DNA of 64,000 nt from Podarcis cretensis (lineage: Eukaryota), in assembly GCA_951804945.1 (NCBI GenBank), contig OX638156.1, forward strand, positions 39,866,001 through 39,930,000. Reading direction: 5' to 3'. The position numbers and the translations under genes are program-made. Positions 12,301-24,553 of this stretch are shown here, piece after piece. Position 1 is the first letter of the stretch. Each line of letters opens with the position of its first letter. The notes under the pieces were generated by a model. That model ran no database searches, was not told where the DNA came from, and was given only the letters and a program-made list of their open reading frames with translations.

Positions 12301-15300
12301 CTCATAATGTTGAATCCAAGGAAGCAACACCCTCTCCCAATAGAAAACTGAGGGAACTCCCCTCTCCAAGCAACAACCTTTGCTGGGAACTAATCAAAAA
12401 CATAATAATCTCACCCCTATGCACAGGGAAGCTGCCTGTATTCCCTGCTGTTGCCTCACCTCCTTTACCTCACGTGACTATAGACTATAGACCCAGCAGG
12501 CTGGGTGGCTCCTGGCATGGGTGGAAGTGGGCACTGAGCATGCTGCATTGTTTAAACAAAACATTTTATCAGTTTACTTGGCTGTGTTGTGCTGTTTTCA
12601 TAGGTAGGTCCATGTTCAGAAGTAGCACTGGGCGATATATCAATATATCGCCCAGGACGGGTATTGGGGGCAGGGGAGATCGCAATGACATCTTCACTCA
12701 GCGGTATATTGCTGGTGAAAGTCACTGTTTTTGAGTCCCTCTGCCTGCAGTGCCCAGTGCACCGAGGAAGAAACAAACTAGCCGGGAGCTGGAGGCAGAG
12801 GGACTCAAGCGGCGGCAGTTTCACCAGCGATATACCACTGGTGAAACTTCCATTGCACTCTGCCCTGGCAGAGGGAGAAACAAGCTGCACTGGTGAGTAG
12901 AAGCGGGATCAGGGCTGCTCAGCTGGGAAGCCTGCCATTTCCAGCTGAGAGAGCCCTGACTCTGCTCCTGTTACCGCCTGACTGCCTTGTCTGGGAGGGT
13001 GTGCTGCGCCTTTCCTCCCAGAAAAACAAACCCCACTCTTCCGGTAGAAGGCAGCCAGGCGGCATAGGGGCTCTTTGATGCTGCTAGCAGGCCCAGCACT
13101 CTCCAGCAACCCCTTTCCACGAGGCATGAATAGGGTGGCTTTGCGCCCTATTCAAGGTAGGTCACCTGCCCCCATGCCACCAAACAACAGTCTGGCCAAG
13201 GAGCCCCAAGGTCCTTGCTGCTATAGCAGGAGTGGCAGGGACACTGGGGCTGCCTCCGCTGGGGGCAGGTGCCCTCCCACCCCCAGCAGAGCGTGGCCAA
13301 GGAACCCCGGGCCCCCTGCTGGTCGTGTGTGAGCGGTGGGGACTCAGGGCTCGCTCAGCTAGGTGCAAGAGCCTTTCCACTCCCCCCCCCAGCTCAGCAG
13401 CAGACCATGGCTAGCTGTATTGGCCACAGCCTGCAAGGTGCTAAGGTGAAAGCTCCTCAGCTCCCATGGTGAGAGGTGCAGCAGTTTCATCCAACACCTT
13501 GCAGGCTGGGGCCAATGCAGCTTTTTACAACATCACGGTTTATCGCCAAACCTTGTTTGGCTGGCGATATACTGCGATTTTGAGAACCCAACATCGCCCA
13601 GCCCTATTCAGAAGCTTAATATTACCCGGACAGATTTATAGTGGTTCATTTCTTGAGGCAACATTTATTTATTTCTTCAAGTATTTATAATCCACACTTG
13701 TATAACAAGGCAGGATACAACATACAAGAGTACAGTAGGGTTAGTAAAAACATAATTAAGATCAATAAATACTTAACACTCTTACATATTATGGTGAAAA
13801 AACTAAGTTATGGGGCAGCTCACACATATCAATAAGAAATAAATATTGGACTGTCTAATCGACAGTTTTGTGAAAGCTTTGATTTTTCCTTAGCTTGGTT
13901 AACCTTTTATACTGGAAGTTGCCACATCTGGTTCACAAAGTTTTTTGAGCCTTCCCTCAGATTTGTTTTTTTTGTTTTGTTTTGTTTTTTAATGACTGCT
14001 GCTATGGGTCCCCCTGCTGTAATGCCATGACACCGAAACTTTGTTGTGGCATCTTCTAAGATCCCAAATTTTCCATTTCAAAAAATAAACATTTTTTTCC
14101 TACATTACCACTTCCATAGGTCCCCTGGTTTGATACTATGGGTAGTATTCTGCTAAGTTTTACTCACAGTAGACCCATGGAAATTAATGAGGTCCATTAT
14201 TTTCAGTACGTCTAAGCTGAGTACAACTTACTTGAATGCCACCCAGTGATGCCCTCAAAGACCCCCACTACCTCTATGTCAATGTTTTTTTAAAAAAGTA
14301 ATTGATGATGATGTTGTTGCTGCTTTTTTAAAATAATAATAATAATGTTTAATGACTGCTTTCATAGGTACCCCACTGTGATGTCAAAAGGTTTTTTGTT
14401 GGGTCCCCCTGCTAAAATTTGTCATTTTAAAAATCATCTTACTGGCCACTCTTGCAGGCCCTGCTGTGATTTTGTAATATCAAAGGTTTTGTGACCTTTT
14501 TCAAAAAGCAGAATGACTCCTTTGTTCACTCCCACTTTGATAAACAGACCTCGGAATGTTGACCATGGGTCAGTGCAACTCCCAACTCAAAAATAGTTAG
14601 GCACCCTTGTTTTATACATTATCATACTTTTCAATACATCCAGATTACACGCCTTAGTCCTAATTACTGTAAAGTTGTTTTGAAATTGGTGAATGTTTCT
14701 TTTTTTGCCTGAAATAGAGGGTTCTTTTTGTTAAACAGAGAGCAGGCTTTGCCGTGTATTCAGATCCAGCTTCAGCGTGAGATCTGTGACTTTGGGGGTC
14801 ACATTGACTTACCATCTGGAAATGGAAGCAAATCAACGGGTGGATTGCAAAGGACTTTTTCGAAGCTGACTTCACGATTTACAAAGAAAACATCCTGTTC
14901 CAGTTCAAGCAGCAGTGGAAGTTACTCCATTCCTAGTACACCTTCCAAAAACCTTTTCATAGCTAACAACTCAGAGGATAAAGCAAAAATGCCCAACAAT
15001 ATGGATGCCCGATTGCAGAGTATTCTGAACATTGGTAACTTCCCCAGGGCTGTTGAGTCGGCCCAGGCAACGGCACAGAGTGGAAGCCATCAGGTTGTTA
15101 ATGGGTTCCTCCTTGACAGGCGTAATGGCAGCAAAGCAGATGACAGCAAGGATGCCAAAGGCATGAATTTACCAACCGACCAAGAAATGCAGGAGGTCAT
15201 AGATTTCCTCTCTGGTTTCAACATGGGCAAGTCCCAGCAGACATCTCCACTGGTGAAAAGAAGAAACTCGGTTGCATCGTCTTCGGCAGCAGCAGAGCAG

Positions 15301-16869
15301 AAGCCAGCCACTGTGCCACAGCAGTCCCAGTCTTCGTCTCACACGCCTTTGCACCATCTTCAGCAAGGGTTGCCGCAGCAACAGCAGCAGCCACAAAAGC
15401 CGCAGCAGCAGCAGCAGCAGCAGCAGCAAATGCATTACTATCAGCACCTGCTGCAGCCCATTGGGTCCCAGCAGCAGCAGCAGCGTCCACCTGGCAAGTG
15501 GCCAACCAATTCCAGCCAGCCGTCAGCCCAGACTGTTGGTCCGGGGTTGTCTCATATGCCTCAGTGGAGCAGTCATGCCTTTCCTGACCTGAGCTCTGAC
15601 CTGTATAGTTTGGGTCTTGTGAACAGTTACATGGACAATGTGATGTCGGAGATGCTGGGGCAGAAGCAGCAAGGACCTAGAAACAACACGTGGCCAAACC
15701 GCGACCAAAGTGATGGAATCTTTGGGATGTTGGGAGAATTTCTACCTTTTGATCCTGCAGGTGTGTGCTTGTTAATTAAATACAACCTTCTACTACCACA
15801 TGCTCATTGAGTAATGTGTTTGAATGTGTTGAATGCTGCCCATCTGTAGACACAAACCATTTGTGTCTTCTGCAGGTGATGGGAAAAATTATAGGATTAC
15901 AAGAACAAAAACAACAGCAGGGGTTACCTTTAAAAAAAGTCTGCCAAATATTGGGTGAGGAAAAATAGTTTTTGAGGGCAGTAATTTTTGAAAATGTCAT
16001 CTTGCTGATAATCTTACTGTTTTATTATTTTTGTAAGTTTTCTACAATCAAGTGGTGTATAAATTTTATGAAATACACAAATATCTTAATTTAGTGGGTG
16101 GGACCCATGTCCAGATCTTCAAATAGTTGACGAGTCACAAGGAATTTCCCTACTGCATCCTACCCTGACCTCCCAGATGTGTTCTGTGGGGTGGCTAAAA
16201 AGGGAAAGTGTGCTCCCTACACCTCCTCTCACTGCCACTTCCTGCCTTCTAGCTCACTTAAGTCTGTGGCAACCAATTCCTGTTCCCAAGGTAGCACAAT
16301 TTAGCCATCCTGCTAGTCAAGTTTTGTTCAACTTAGTAGGATTGAACAGATTTGCCTTGCTGAGGTTTTCCAGAGTATGTTGGGTAGAGGGGGAACATTC
16401 CTTTGGACAAAGTCATCTTAACAGCAGGATTTTTGTGCCTCTTAATTTCTTGGATCTGCTTCCTTCAGACATTCTTTAGTCTGTTCCATCTTTATGATGC
16501 AGAGCAGTCTCTCTTAGCAATAGCAATGCTAAGCATTGCAATAGCAAAGGCTTTCTGAAATTAGTTTCCCCAAAGGTCTGATGGGCTGCCAAGTTCCATA
16601 GTAGTATGATATGTGGAGATGATGGACTTACATGTGAATATACATGGGCAGCTTTTTGGCTCCATGTTGTTGGAGACAATGTTGTTGGAGGCAATGACTG
16701 ACCTGACAGGGGAGCAGAGGTATGGCCTGACTCTTCCTTTGGGTTGTCTCCCTTTCTTGTATTCTTCATTTGTTTGATCCTCCTCTTGATTTAAGCGTAC
16801 TGAATGGATTTCAGTAGTATTGATCTGTCTTCCTATTTGATGTGCATTCTAAAATAGGATCTAAGCTTC

Positions 16870-16912
<43 letters not shown>

Positions 16913-18954
16913 CCAGGCACACAGACAAAGCATTTCTTGGGCTTCCAGTGTGCATGATGTCACCACCACCTCTCTACTCTGCTGGTGGCTACAATGTTAG
17001 GGATTTATGTAGCATATTTTGCCTGCCCCCACATAAATCGCTCCCTGGTGAAGTTCTTAATTTTCAGCGCTTCAACAGGCATTCCCAACCACTGACTAGC
17101 TTCCATTGTGCTTGTATGCATGTGTACACATTCTCATATTCTCTCTGTTTGTCTGTCTGAGGGGTAGATGGCGGATCATTGCAATAGAAATAGCCAAGTG
17201 TGTCAATAGTTGACTGTCAGGTTTCTTTTTTTACTCCCAGTTGGCTCTGATCCAGAGTTTGCTCGTTATGTGGCTGGGGTCAGTCAGGCCATGCAACAAA
17301 AAAGGCAAGCACAGCACTTCCGTCGCCCCAGCAACACACGTAGCAACTGGCCGCATCCTGACGACCCACACAGAACCTGGCCTTTCCCAGAGTATTTCAC
17401 AGAAGGGTAAGGAGCTATCTGTGGCACCCTTGTGTACATCCAGCTTTGCAAGCAGCTGTAAAATATAGTAAAGTAGGGATTTTTGCTGCATCAGTTACAT
17501 ATCTTGTTTAGACATACCTACCCATATGCTTAGAAAGTTGAGGTAATTTTAATCTGTTTTAGTATTCAAACTTTTATATGTTTTAAAGTATAGTTGTGAA
17601 TTTTTCTCAATTTTATTGTTTTAACTTTTTGTAAACCACTTTGAGGGTTTTGGTTTTTTTTACAATCAAGTAGTATATAAATTTTAGTGTGTGTGTGCGT
17701 GACCACTTTGCGTGTGCCCAATTGACATGCAGCTGTCAACACGTGTGCTGCTTTCGTTCCCAGAAGGGGTTGGTGTGGGGGCAGAATGAGCTTACGTGTG
17801 ACTTCTGATGCGCACAATGACCCAGAACGGAACCCCTGTGCAAATAGGGAGTTGCCTGTTTATAATATTTATACTGCAGCTCTTCCAAGTTCAGGATTGC
17901 AGCATGTGGATATTTTCTGCTTTGGTTCTGAGGCCATAATGCAAGGGCAGCCAAGGTATCACTTTTCTGATGTGGTTGGACTCCAGGTCCCATCATTCCT
18001 AGCCATTAACTGTGCAGGCTGGAGCTGATGGGAGCTGCAGTCCACAACATCTGCAGGACACCACCTTGGCTGCCGCTGCAGTAATGCCAGTTTTAAAGGG
18101 TTGTTAAGTGAATATGTACTGGGTCCTTAGAGGGGATATGGATTCCATATGCAGTGCCTGAATAAGCCATGGGATAAATGCTGTAAGATGATGCTGAATT
18201 TGTCAGTTTAGTTTTATTTTAGTGTTAGCGTTCATGGAGATTTTTCTTCTTGCCCTGTGAAGGTTCAGTAACGTTTAAGAGCAACTAGGGTGGTGAGCCT
18301 CCCTGCCACCGCTCACATCTCTACTGTTTGTCTCTTTCTCTTGATTGCTTCCCTGCTCTCATCTCAGGGAGATGGCAAGCAGCTGGTCAGGTACTCAGGG
18401 CGACTCTGCCAGCTCCAGTGATGAGACTTCCTCTGCCAATGGAGACAGTCTGTTTTCCATGTTCTCAGGGCCAGATATTGTTGCTGCAGTCAAGCAAAGA
18501 AGGTGAGTTGAATTATTGACAAAGCAATAGGCAAAATCTTTGGTTTTGCTGGTGGATAAAGATTTTGCCACCTTAACTTGCAAGGGTCAGGCTGTTTCAA
18601 AACTTTCCTGTGCCAAGTGTGAGTCACAAGGTCAAGCTAGGTTTGGAAATAAGAAAGAAATCTGAACTACTCTTGGCTGTCTTGCCACCTGTGTTTTGTT
18701 TCTCCTTTAATGTTGCCTGAGCTTGCAGTTGTTTCAGCCCTTTGAAAGAAGCAAGAAAAGAAACCGGGGCCCAGAGGGTTTGGGGAATATGCTATAATCT
18801 TCCATTTCTGGTTGTGGTTCTGACTACTTTTCCCTTAATTTGTCTTGTCGGATTTATTCCTGCTCATTAGTACGTGCCTGCATTGGTGGAAGCTAGGAAA
18901 GCCACATGGACGTGCTGCATGTGTTACGTCTCTGCTATAGTGACAGGCGTGCTC

Positions 18955-18987
<33 letters not shown>

Positions 18988-21112
18988 GAATAATAATAGA
19001 CATGTGGCAAACAGGTATTTGAAAATCAAATGTGGATTGGCTGTGGCTCCCTCTTGAGCACACCCAGCAGCAAGCACCAGATTTGTGGCTGTGAAATAAC
19101 CATGAAGCTACTAAAAGTGCCCAGTGACAGAAAAGAGGATCCACAATTGAAAGTCCAGTTAATCAGTCCAATGTCACACAGTTTTGACAACAGCATGCCT
19201 GGCGTTGAGTCCATGTTCATAAATACTATTCCTCTGAAAACCAGATGCTGCTGAGGCAGAGCTGCTACTGCCAAGGGAGGTCTGTAGCCTTGCTGTCCTG
19301 CTTGAAGGCTTCCCCAAGGCATAAGCCAAGCTATTCTTAGGGACAAGAACCCTGTGGTCCCTAATGAATAGTGATTGTGACCATCCTACAGCTATTTGAG
19401 CAGGACTGGACAATTAAATATTAAGTATTGCAAAAGTACAAAACCCTGCTTTGCTGCAATATCAGAAGCACTGGTCCACCAATTTTATTGGCTGCAGTAC
19501 GGCCTAGCTGCTGCTGTGCCATAGACTTCTATCTGCCTTGTTGGCTAGGTGTCTGAAAGTTTACTTTAATCCATAAACCTTTAATTGCCATGAAAGTAGC
19601 GGGTTAGATGCAAAGGCCCTTAGTACAAGTGCACTTCAGTTGTAAGACTCCTATTGCCCTCTATTTTGACCACGGAAATACAGCATAAAGTGTTGTCAGA
19701 ATTGAAGAATATTTTCTCATTTAAGACCCTGCCATGACACTAACAGACCATTTTCTCTCATTGGATAAATATTTCCACAGGAAACACAGCAGTGGGGAGC
19801 AAGACCCAAGCACACTTCCTTCCCCACCACTCCTTTCTACAGTGGATGATCATAGTCAGGCAAGTATCAGGCTGAATAGTGCCTCTTTTTGGGTGGCTAA
19901 TGGTGGAGGGGGCCTCTTTGATGGGATTCCAGGTGGCTTTAAAAAAAAAAAAAAAAATCCCTCAGTAACAATGTTCCCTGAACTCAGCCCAGTTTTAAAT
20001 AGTCAATTTCACTATACTTCCAGATTTTATGGCCAGCAAAACTGCACTGCTTCATTTTTTATTATAAACAACTGAATATGCTCCATGGAATTTATTGGAG
20101 ACTTCAAAATGTTTCACTTTTACTTTGATCTTAGGGAGTGTAGAACCATTGGAGATGCATTTCCCCCTCCCCCTTCTCTGAAAGCCAGATAATATATTGG
20201 GCTGCTGGGAGAACTTCCCAGGTGTATGGTATTGCTCTGTGTGGTGATTTATGTAGGAGGGCTTTGACCCCAACAGGCTGCCAAGCAACATGGCTGGGTG
20301 GCTCTTCCTCCTTCCCAAGGGAGTGCTTTTGGAGTGTTGCAGAAATGGCAAAGAGGTGGTACTAACTGCAATAATAGTCCAAGTTCTAACCAGGGTAGGA
20401 GAAAGAACTATGGGAGAGTTTCTTCTTCATTGCTCCCCTCCCATTTGTAAAAGACAAGAATATCGTCTCTTCCTGCTCCTGGATTCTGTGGCTTTAGTGC
20501 TCTCTAGGGACACTGGAGGTGGGGCTATGAGTGGGCCCCTTATGTGTGCTGTTGGTCCAGGATGTAGTGGTTTACATGGGACAAACTGCTCCAGTGGGCA
20601 AGATTTCTGGAGATGCCCCAGGAGTTCAAGTCATCAGTGGGACAGGTTACCTTGCACTCTGATAATGTTCCTGTGTGACTGTCATTCACTCGTGTGGAAG
20701 AAAGTGGTATACTAAGGAACATTTGCAGCAGGGCCAGAAATGGTTCCTGGCCGTGGATGTGCAGGAAGGAAGCTCAGATGTTGTCATTGGTCTCTTGCAG
20801 GACAATAAAACCAAAACCTGGCCTCCGAAAGCTCCTTGGCAGCACACACTGCCCAGTCAAAACATGTCTTTGTACCAGATGAGTAGCCCTGCCAGCCAGT
20901 GGAATGACACCATGCAGATCCTGCAGTCACCCGTTTGGTCCACAGCCAACGATTGCACACCATCAACAGGGATTTCCTCCACTTTTGCCTATGCGCAGCA
21001 GCAGCAGCAGCAATCGCCGCCGCCGCCATCTCAGCACAAACCGATGAATAAGGGCTTTAAACCTTTTCCAGTCAAGCACGAACGCAGGCCATCTTACATG
21101 CATCAGTACTGA
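3346..21112 (+). CDS. GARRE1: Granule-associated Rac and RHOG effector 1 (KIAA0355), 3' portion; N-terminal exons lie upstream of the window
   Basis: Phase-consistent exons: 3346-3552, 4408-4548, 4851-4946, 5058-5219, 7399-7557, 10281-10378, 10508-10633, 14739-15760, 17241-17406, 18368-18502, 19781-19859 (GC donor), 20801-21112 (TGA). The translation (VLGRCFLTVMQVHFQFL...ATSRLRERGCDGCLAGIEVQQLFCSQS...LPTDQEMQEVIDFLSGFNMG...QGPRNNTWPNRDQSDG...DNKTKTWPPKAPWQH...ERRPSYMHQY*) matches KIAA0355/GARRE1 as I recall it. Confidence 0.93.
5585..5810. mobile_element. Tc1/mariner (pogo/Tigger-like) MITE
   Basis: TA|CAGTGGTACCTC ... GAGGTATGACTG|TA terminal inverted repeats with TA duplication; internal TAACCTGAA repeats. 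Confidence 0.85.
10794..11149 (+). mobile_element. Full-length Sauria SINE
   Basis: tRNA-like head GGGACGCGGGTGGCGCTGTGG...GGTTCGAATCC, tail CCCTTTACCTTTAC, perfect 13-bp TSD TAGTGGGAATGTA at 10781-10793 and 11150-11162. Confidence 0.92.
12623..13606. mobile_element. Non-autonomous hAT DNA transposon (984 bp)
   Basis: Imperfect TIRs TAGCACTGGGCGATAT / ACATCGCCCAGCCCTA; perfect 8-bp TSD TTCAGAAG at 12615-12622 and 13607-13614; GC-rich interior with no transposase ORF. Confidence 0.88.
14141..14245. mobile_element. Short palindromic MITE-like repeat (related copies near 3027-3092, 31966-32087, 41280-41392)
   Basis: Shared core CTAAGT..TACTCA.AGTAGACCCAT.GAAATTAATG with an inverted second half. 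Confidence 0.55.
15403..15429 (+). repeat. Coding (CAG)8CAA polyglutamine tract in the GARRE1 large exon
   Basis: Direct reading; further short CAG runs near 15376, 15469 and 20996. Confidence 0.9.
16871..16912. repeat. (AGAT)n microsatellite
   Basis: About 10 perfect AGAT units. Confidence 0.95.
18955..18987. repeat. (TAT)n microsatellite
   Basis: About 11 TAT units. Confidence 0.95.
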
Positions 21113-23250
21113 CGGCTTTTTCTAGCAAGAGATGCCGCAGAGGACCAAAGTCTTTGATGTGACAAACGTTTGCTTTGTTTTACAGTTGTGCGGTGGTGGC
21201 TGTCTCTTCTGGTGGTTCTGTGGAGTGACAGCTTCTAGTGGTGATTCTCTCTCTCTCTGTAGAGTGCTGAGCAAATGGTGCCAAGGTGTTACATGTACAC
21301 ACAACAGCCCTAAACTGTGATGCTTTCAAAGCGTATATGGACTACCCTGCTAACAAACTGCTACATTATTACCACAGAAAACACTGTATTTTATAGCTAT
21401 TTTTTCATATAGATTTATAGTTACCATTTCTTGCTAAAACAAATTTGAGTACATTTTTAAGCAAATCTAGCAGTTTTGCTCAACACTCCTTTTCTTTAGA
21501 TTTCTAATTGACAAGGTAAAAAGTCTTCACTCCGGTGACATCGGCTGCTGTAGCTTTTTTAATGCATCAGTTGTTAACGTGCCACACAAGCTCCTGGTCA
21601 CAACAGTGGTGCACAGACAACTACAAAAAGCTTTTTCCAGTTATTTGCTTCATGCAAAAATAGCTGGAACCACTCCAGCCCAGGCAACTTGTGACATAAC
21701 TTAATGGACACAATCCACCTGTAACCTGAGCTCAAGATCCATAAAGTAGTTTGGGGTGGATTGTGTTCATCTGTGGCTGACACTACATTAGAATACACAA
21801 TTTGATACTTTTACATTTGGCCAAAGGCATTATCCATACAGTGCTCCTTAATGTATGAAAAATAGTTAAGACTACTTGCAAATATTTAAAGTCTTATTTC
21901 AATGCTAGACTTATTGTGTAAAAACATGAGCTGGCTCAGAAGAGAGAGAACTTAAAAACACTATTTTTTTGTAGTGCTAATGATTAAAGTAACTACTTTC
22001 AGTCAATATGTGCCATTAAATAAATGAACCTGTGGAATTAGGAAATAACCTTCCAACCAAAGTGGATCTGGGGGAATGACTGGTGCTTAAATTGAAAAAA
22101 AAGGTAAATATGTATAGTTATCCCATTGTATATTAATTGAGGTGAGAGAAGTCTTTATAAAAACCTATTTAAATTTTCATATTTCATCTTTGAAAGAGTA
22201 ATTATAAACCACAATATTTTCTGGTATAAAGGTTTTTGACAGTATTAATATTATTTTTATATTTTCTTAAGTCATATCATTCTAATACATTGACAAGTAA
22301 AATGGGTTATTAGTTATAAATGCATATAGTTTTTTGATGAAGATAAAAGCACATTTAAGTTCCCATTTTCTACAAACGAAGTACATGTGTATATTAAAGA
22401 TACCAAATTATATATAAATATATATAAATAAAATACACAACACTAAACGTTGGGGTGGGCAGAGTCGAGGAACCCCTCCCCCGCCTTCTGCTTGTGTGGT
22501 GATGGGCCACCTTGGCAGGCCCAGAATGTTACTATTTGTGCTGGTTGAAGATGCCAATGTTGCCTGTATTTATGATATTGTCACCATGTTTCCTCAAAAC
22601 CCACCCTTACCATGTTTACAGAGTTGTTTGCTGTGCATAACTTTAGTCATGTGCTTTGCACAATCAGTGTGGCTTCTGTCTGTAAATTGTTAATGTTTTG
22701 TACCTTCTGCTAAAAATGTTGGTGAATTTAACAAGTGGGGTTTTTTTTTGTTTTGTTTTTTTAGTTTCCTGGAGTACAGCATTGAAAACTTATATTGGAC
22801 CCTACAATCTATTACAGTTGTATGCCACAATGATTTCAGGTCAAAGTACAGATGTTTGTTGCGTTGACGTTCCCTACAGAGCATCTAAACTGCAGTTGCA
22901 AATTTGAGTGGTAAATACAAGCACTGGCAGTTTCTAAAATTGGAGTGAATTGTGGAAATACAGGTGTGTCAGTTTCTGTCTAGTAGGTGCTACATCATCC
23001 TCTGCTTCCAATTATGCTGAACACTGGTAATTTTCCCAAGTTGTTTGCACTTGGCAACCAAATGTTGCCATGTGATGTTTCACACTGCCAAGTGCATGGG
23101 GTTTGGTGCTTAGTTAACTTACCCTTATTGCAGTACTTCTGTGAATAGCTAATGCTTTGGAACTGGAATTGTACATTTTGTATTTTAATTTTAAAGCTCC
23201 TGTAAGTAAAAATAACCTTATTTGCTTTATTAAAGATATACCTTTAATAG
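21113..23250 (+). other. GARRE1: GARRE1 3' UTR (AU-rich) with candidate polyA signals
   Basis: AT-rich stretch with no recognised transposon after the stop codon; AATAAA near 22427 and ATTAAA at 23229-23234. The end point is inferred. Confidence 0.55.
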
Positions 23251-24416
23251 TAGGTTATATCTTGTTAAAATAAGGTTTCTGCTGAAGATAATGAGCACCA
23301 TCAAGCTGCAAGTTAATTTCAGTGGAGCTTTCCTTGCTAGCCCCCAAATTACAACATTCACACAAATAGATACATGCTCTGAGCTGAAATACCCCTAGGT
23401 CTGTCCCACTTTGAGGATAAGGCATGATTGTGGAATTACTGAAAAGATGGCACATTCACTCTAGATGCAGCTGGATCACAGTTGGTATATGAGGGTCTTG
23501 TGTGTGTGGTGGTAGGGAAAGAAAATCCAAAGTCTTATTGGACAGAGGCAGGCCCCTTGCAAGGAACTGTTGAATCCGAGCCTTGCAAAAGCAGGCTCCA
23601 TCCCTTTGTTTCAGTACTAATACCCAACACTTGATCATCTCTGTGTAGTCTTCCTCAGCCTAGTGACTACAGCTTCCAGCATCCCTTCCTATTGGCTGTG
23701 TTGGCTTGGGCCTATGGGACTTGGAGACCCAAACAGCTGGAACACACCAGGCTGCAGAAGGTTGCTCTGGAGCTTAGAAGAGCCTTGCAGCACGGAAACA
23801 AATACCTTGCTCCTAGATGCCTCCAGGGCAGGAACAAGAGTGCTCTCCAGCTCTTTTCCCACTACTGCCAAGACAGCATGATAGAGAACACGGTCTAGAT
23901 TGGGGGGCGGGGGGCGGAATCCCCTCATAAAGACTGTTATATTATCTCACTTTTGATCCCTCATTCTTTTACTTATTTACAAAAATGAGGCTCTTGTGCC
24001 TTGAAACATTGCTGCATTTGTGAAGTTCCCTCTGCTTGACACGCAGCTGATTTCTCCCCTCCCTGTGCCATTAAGGATTAAGTACTTGCTTGAATTTCTC
24101 AAAAGCATGTGGGTTCCAGCCTGCTATCATAGTGTAACTTTGATAACAGTGATTTTCATTCAGATGCCTCTTTCAGTGTTAACTTACCAAGTATGAAGTC
24201 ATAGGCAAGGAGCATATATTCACAATGCCACATGAAACCAAAAGTCCCGTAACTCCTGCTCTGATGTGGGTGTAGAACTGATGTGGGATCATTTGCAGAA
24301 GTCATTGGAAACCTCACTTACACCATTCCAAAATCAATTTTCTTTGTTGAGCTAGCCTTTAGACTTGGTACCCAGGCCAAGCCAGCCTCAGTCCCTAGCA
24401 TCCTCTATGCTTGCAG

Positions 24417-24553
24417 CAGGCATGGCCAAACTTGGCCCTCCAGATGTTTTGGGACTACAACTCCCATCATCCCTAGCTAACAGGACCAGTGGTGAGGGAT
24501 GATGGGAACTGAAGTCCCCAAAAATCTGGAGGGCCAAAGTTTGGCCATGCCTG
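24417..24553. mobile_element. Palindromic hAT-type MITE (more degenerate relatives near 17950-18080, 23630-23780, 24695-24800, 26515-26640, 36935-37040, 42210-42335, 42396-42500)
   Basis: CAGGCATGGCCAAACTT...AAGTTTGGCCATGCCTG near-perfect fold-back with a GGACTACAACTCCCATC core; 8-bp TSD GCTTGCAG / GCTTACAG. Confidence 0.85.

Noticed and set aside
12474-13690. Several ORFs inside the hAT element
   Set aside because: Short, GC-driven, and lacking transposase (BED/DDE/dimerisation) motifs
15090-15708. Antisense poly-Leu/poly-Ala ORFs
   Set aside because: Shadows of the CAG-rich GARRE1 exon
24417-24553. Long hairpin resembling a pre-miRNA, with a ZNF143-like ACTACAACTCCCA motif
   Set aside because: Explained by a multicopy MITE with TIRs and an 8-bp TSD
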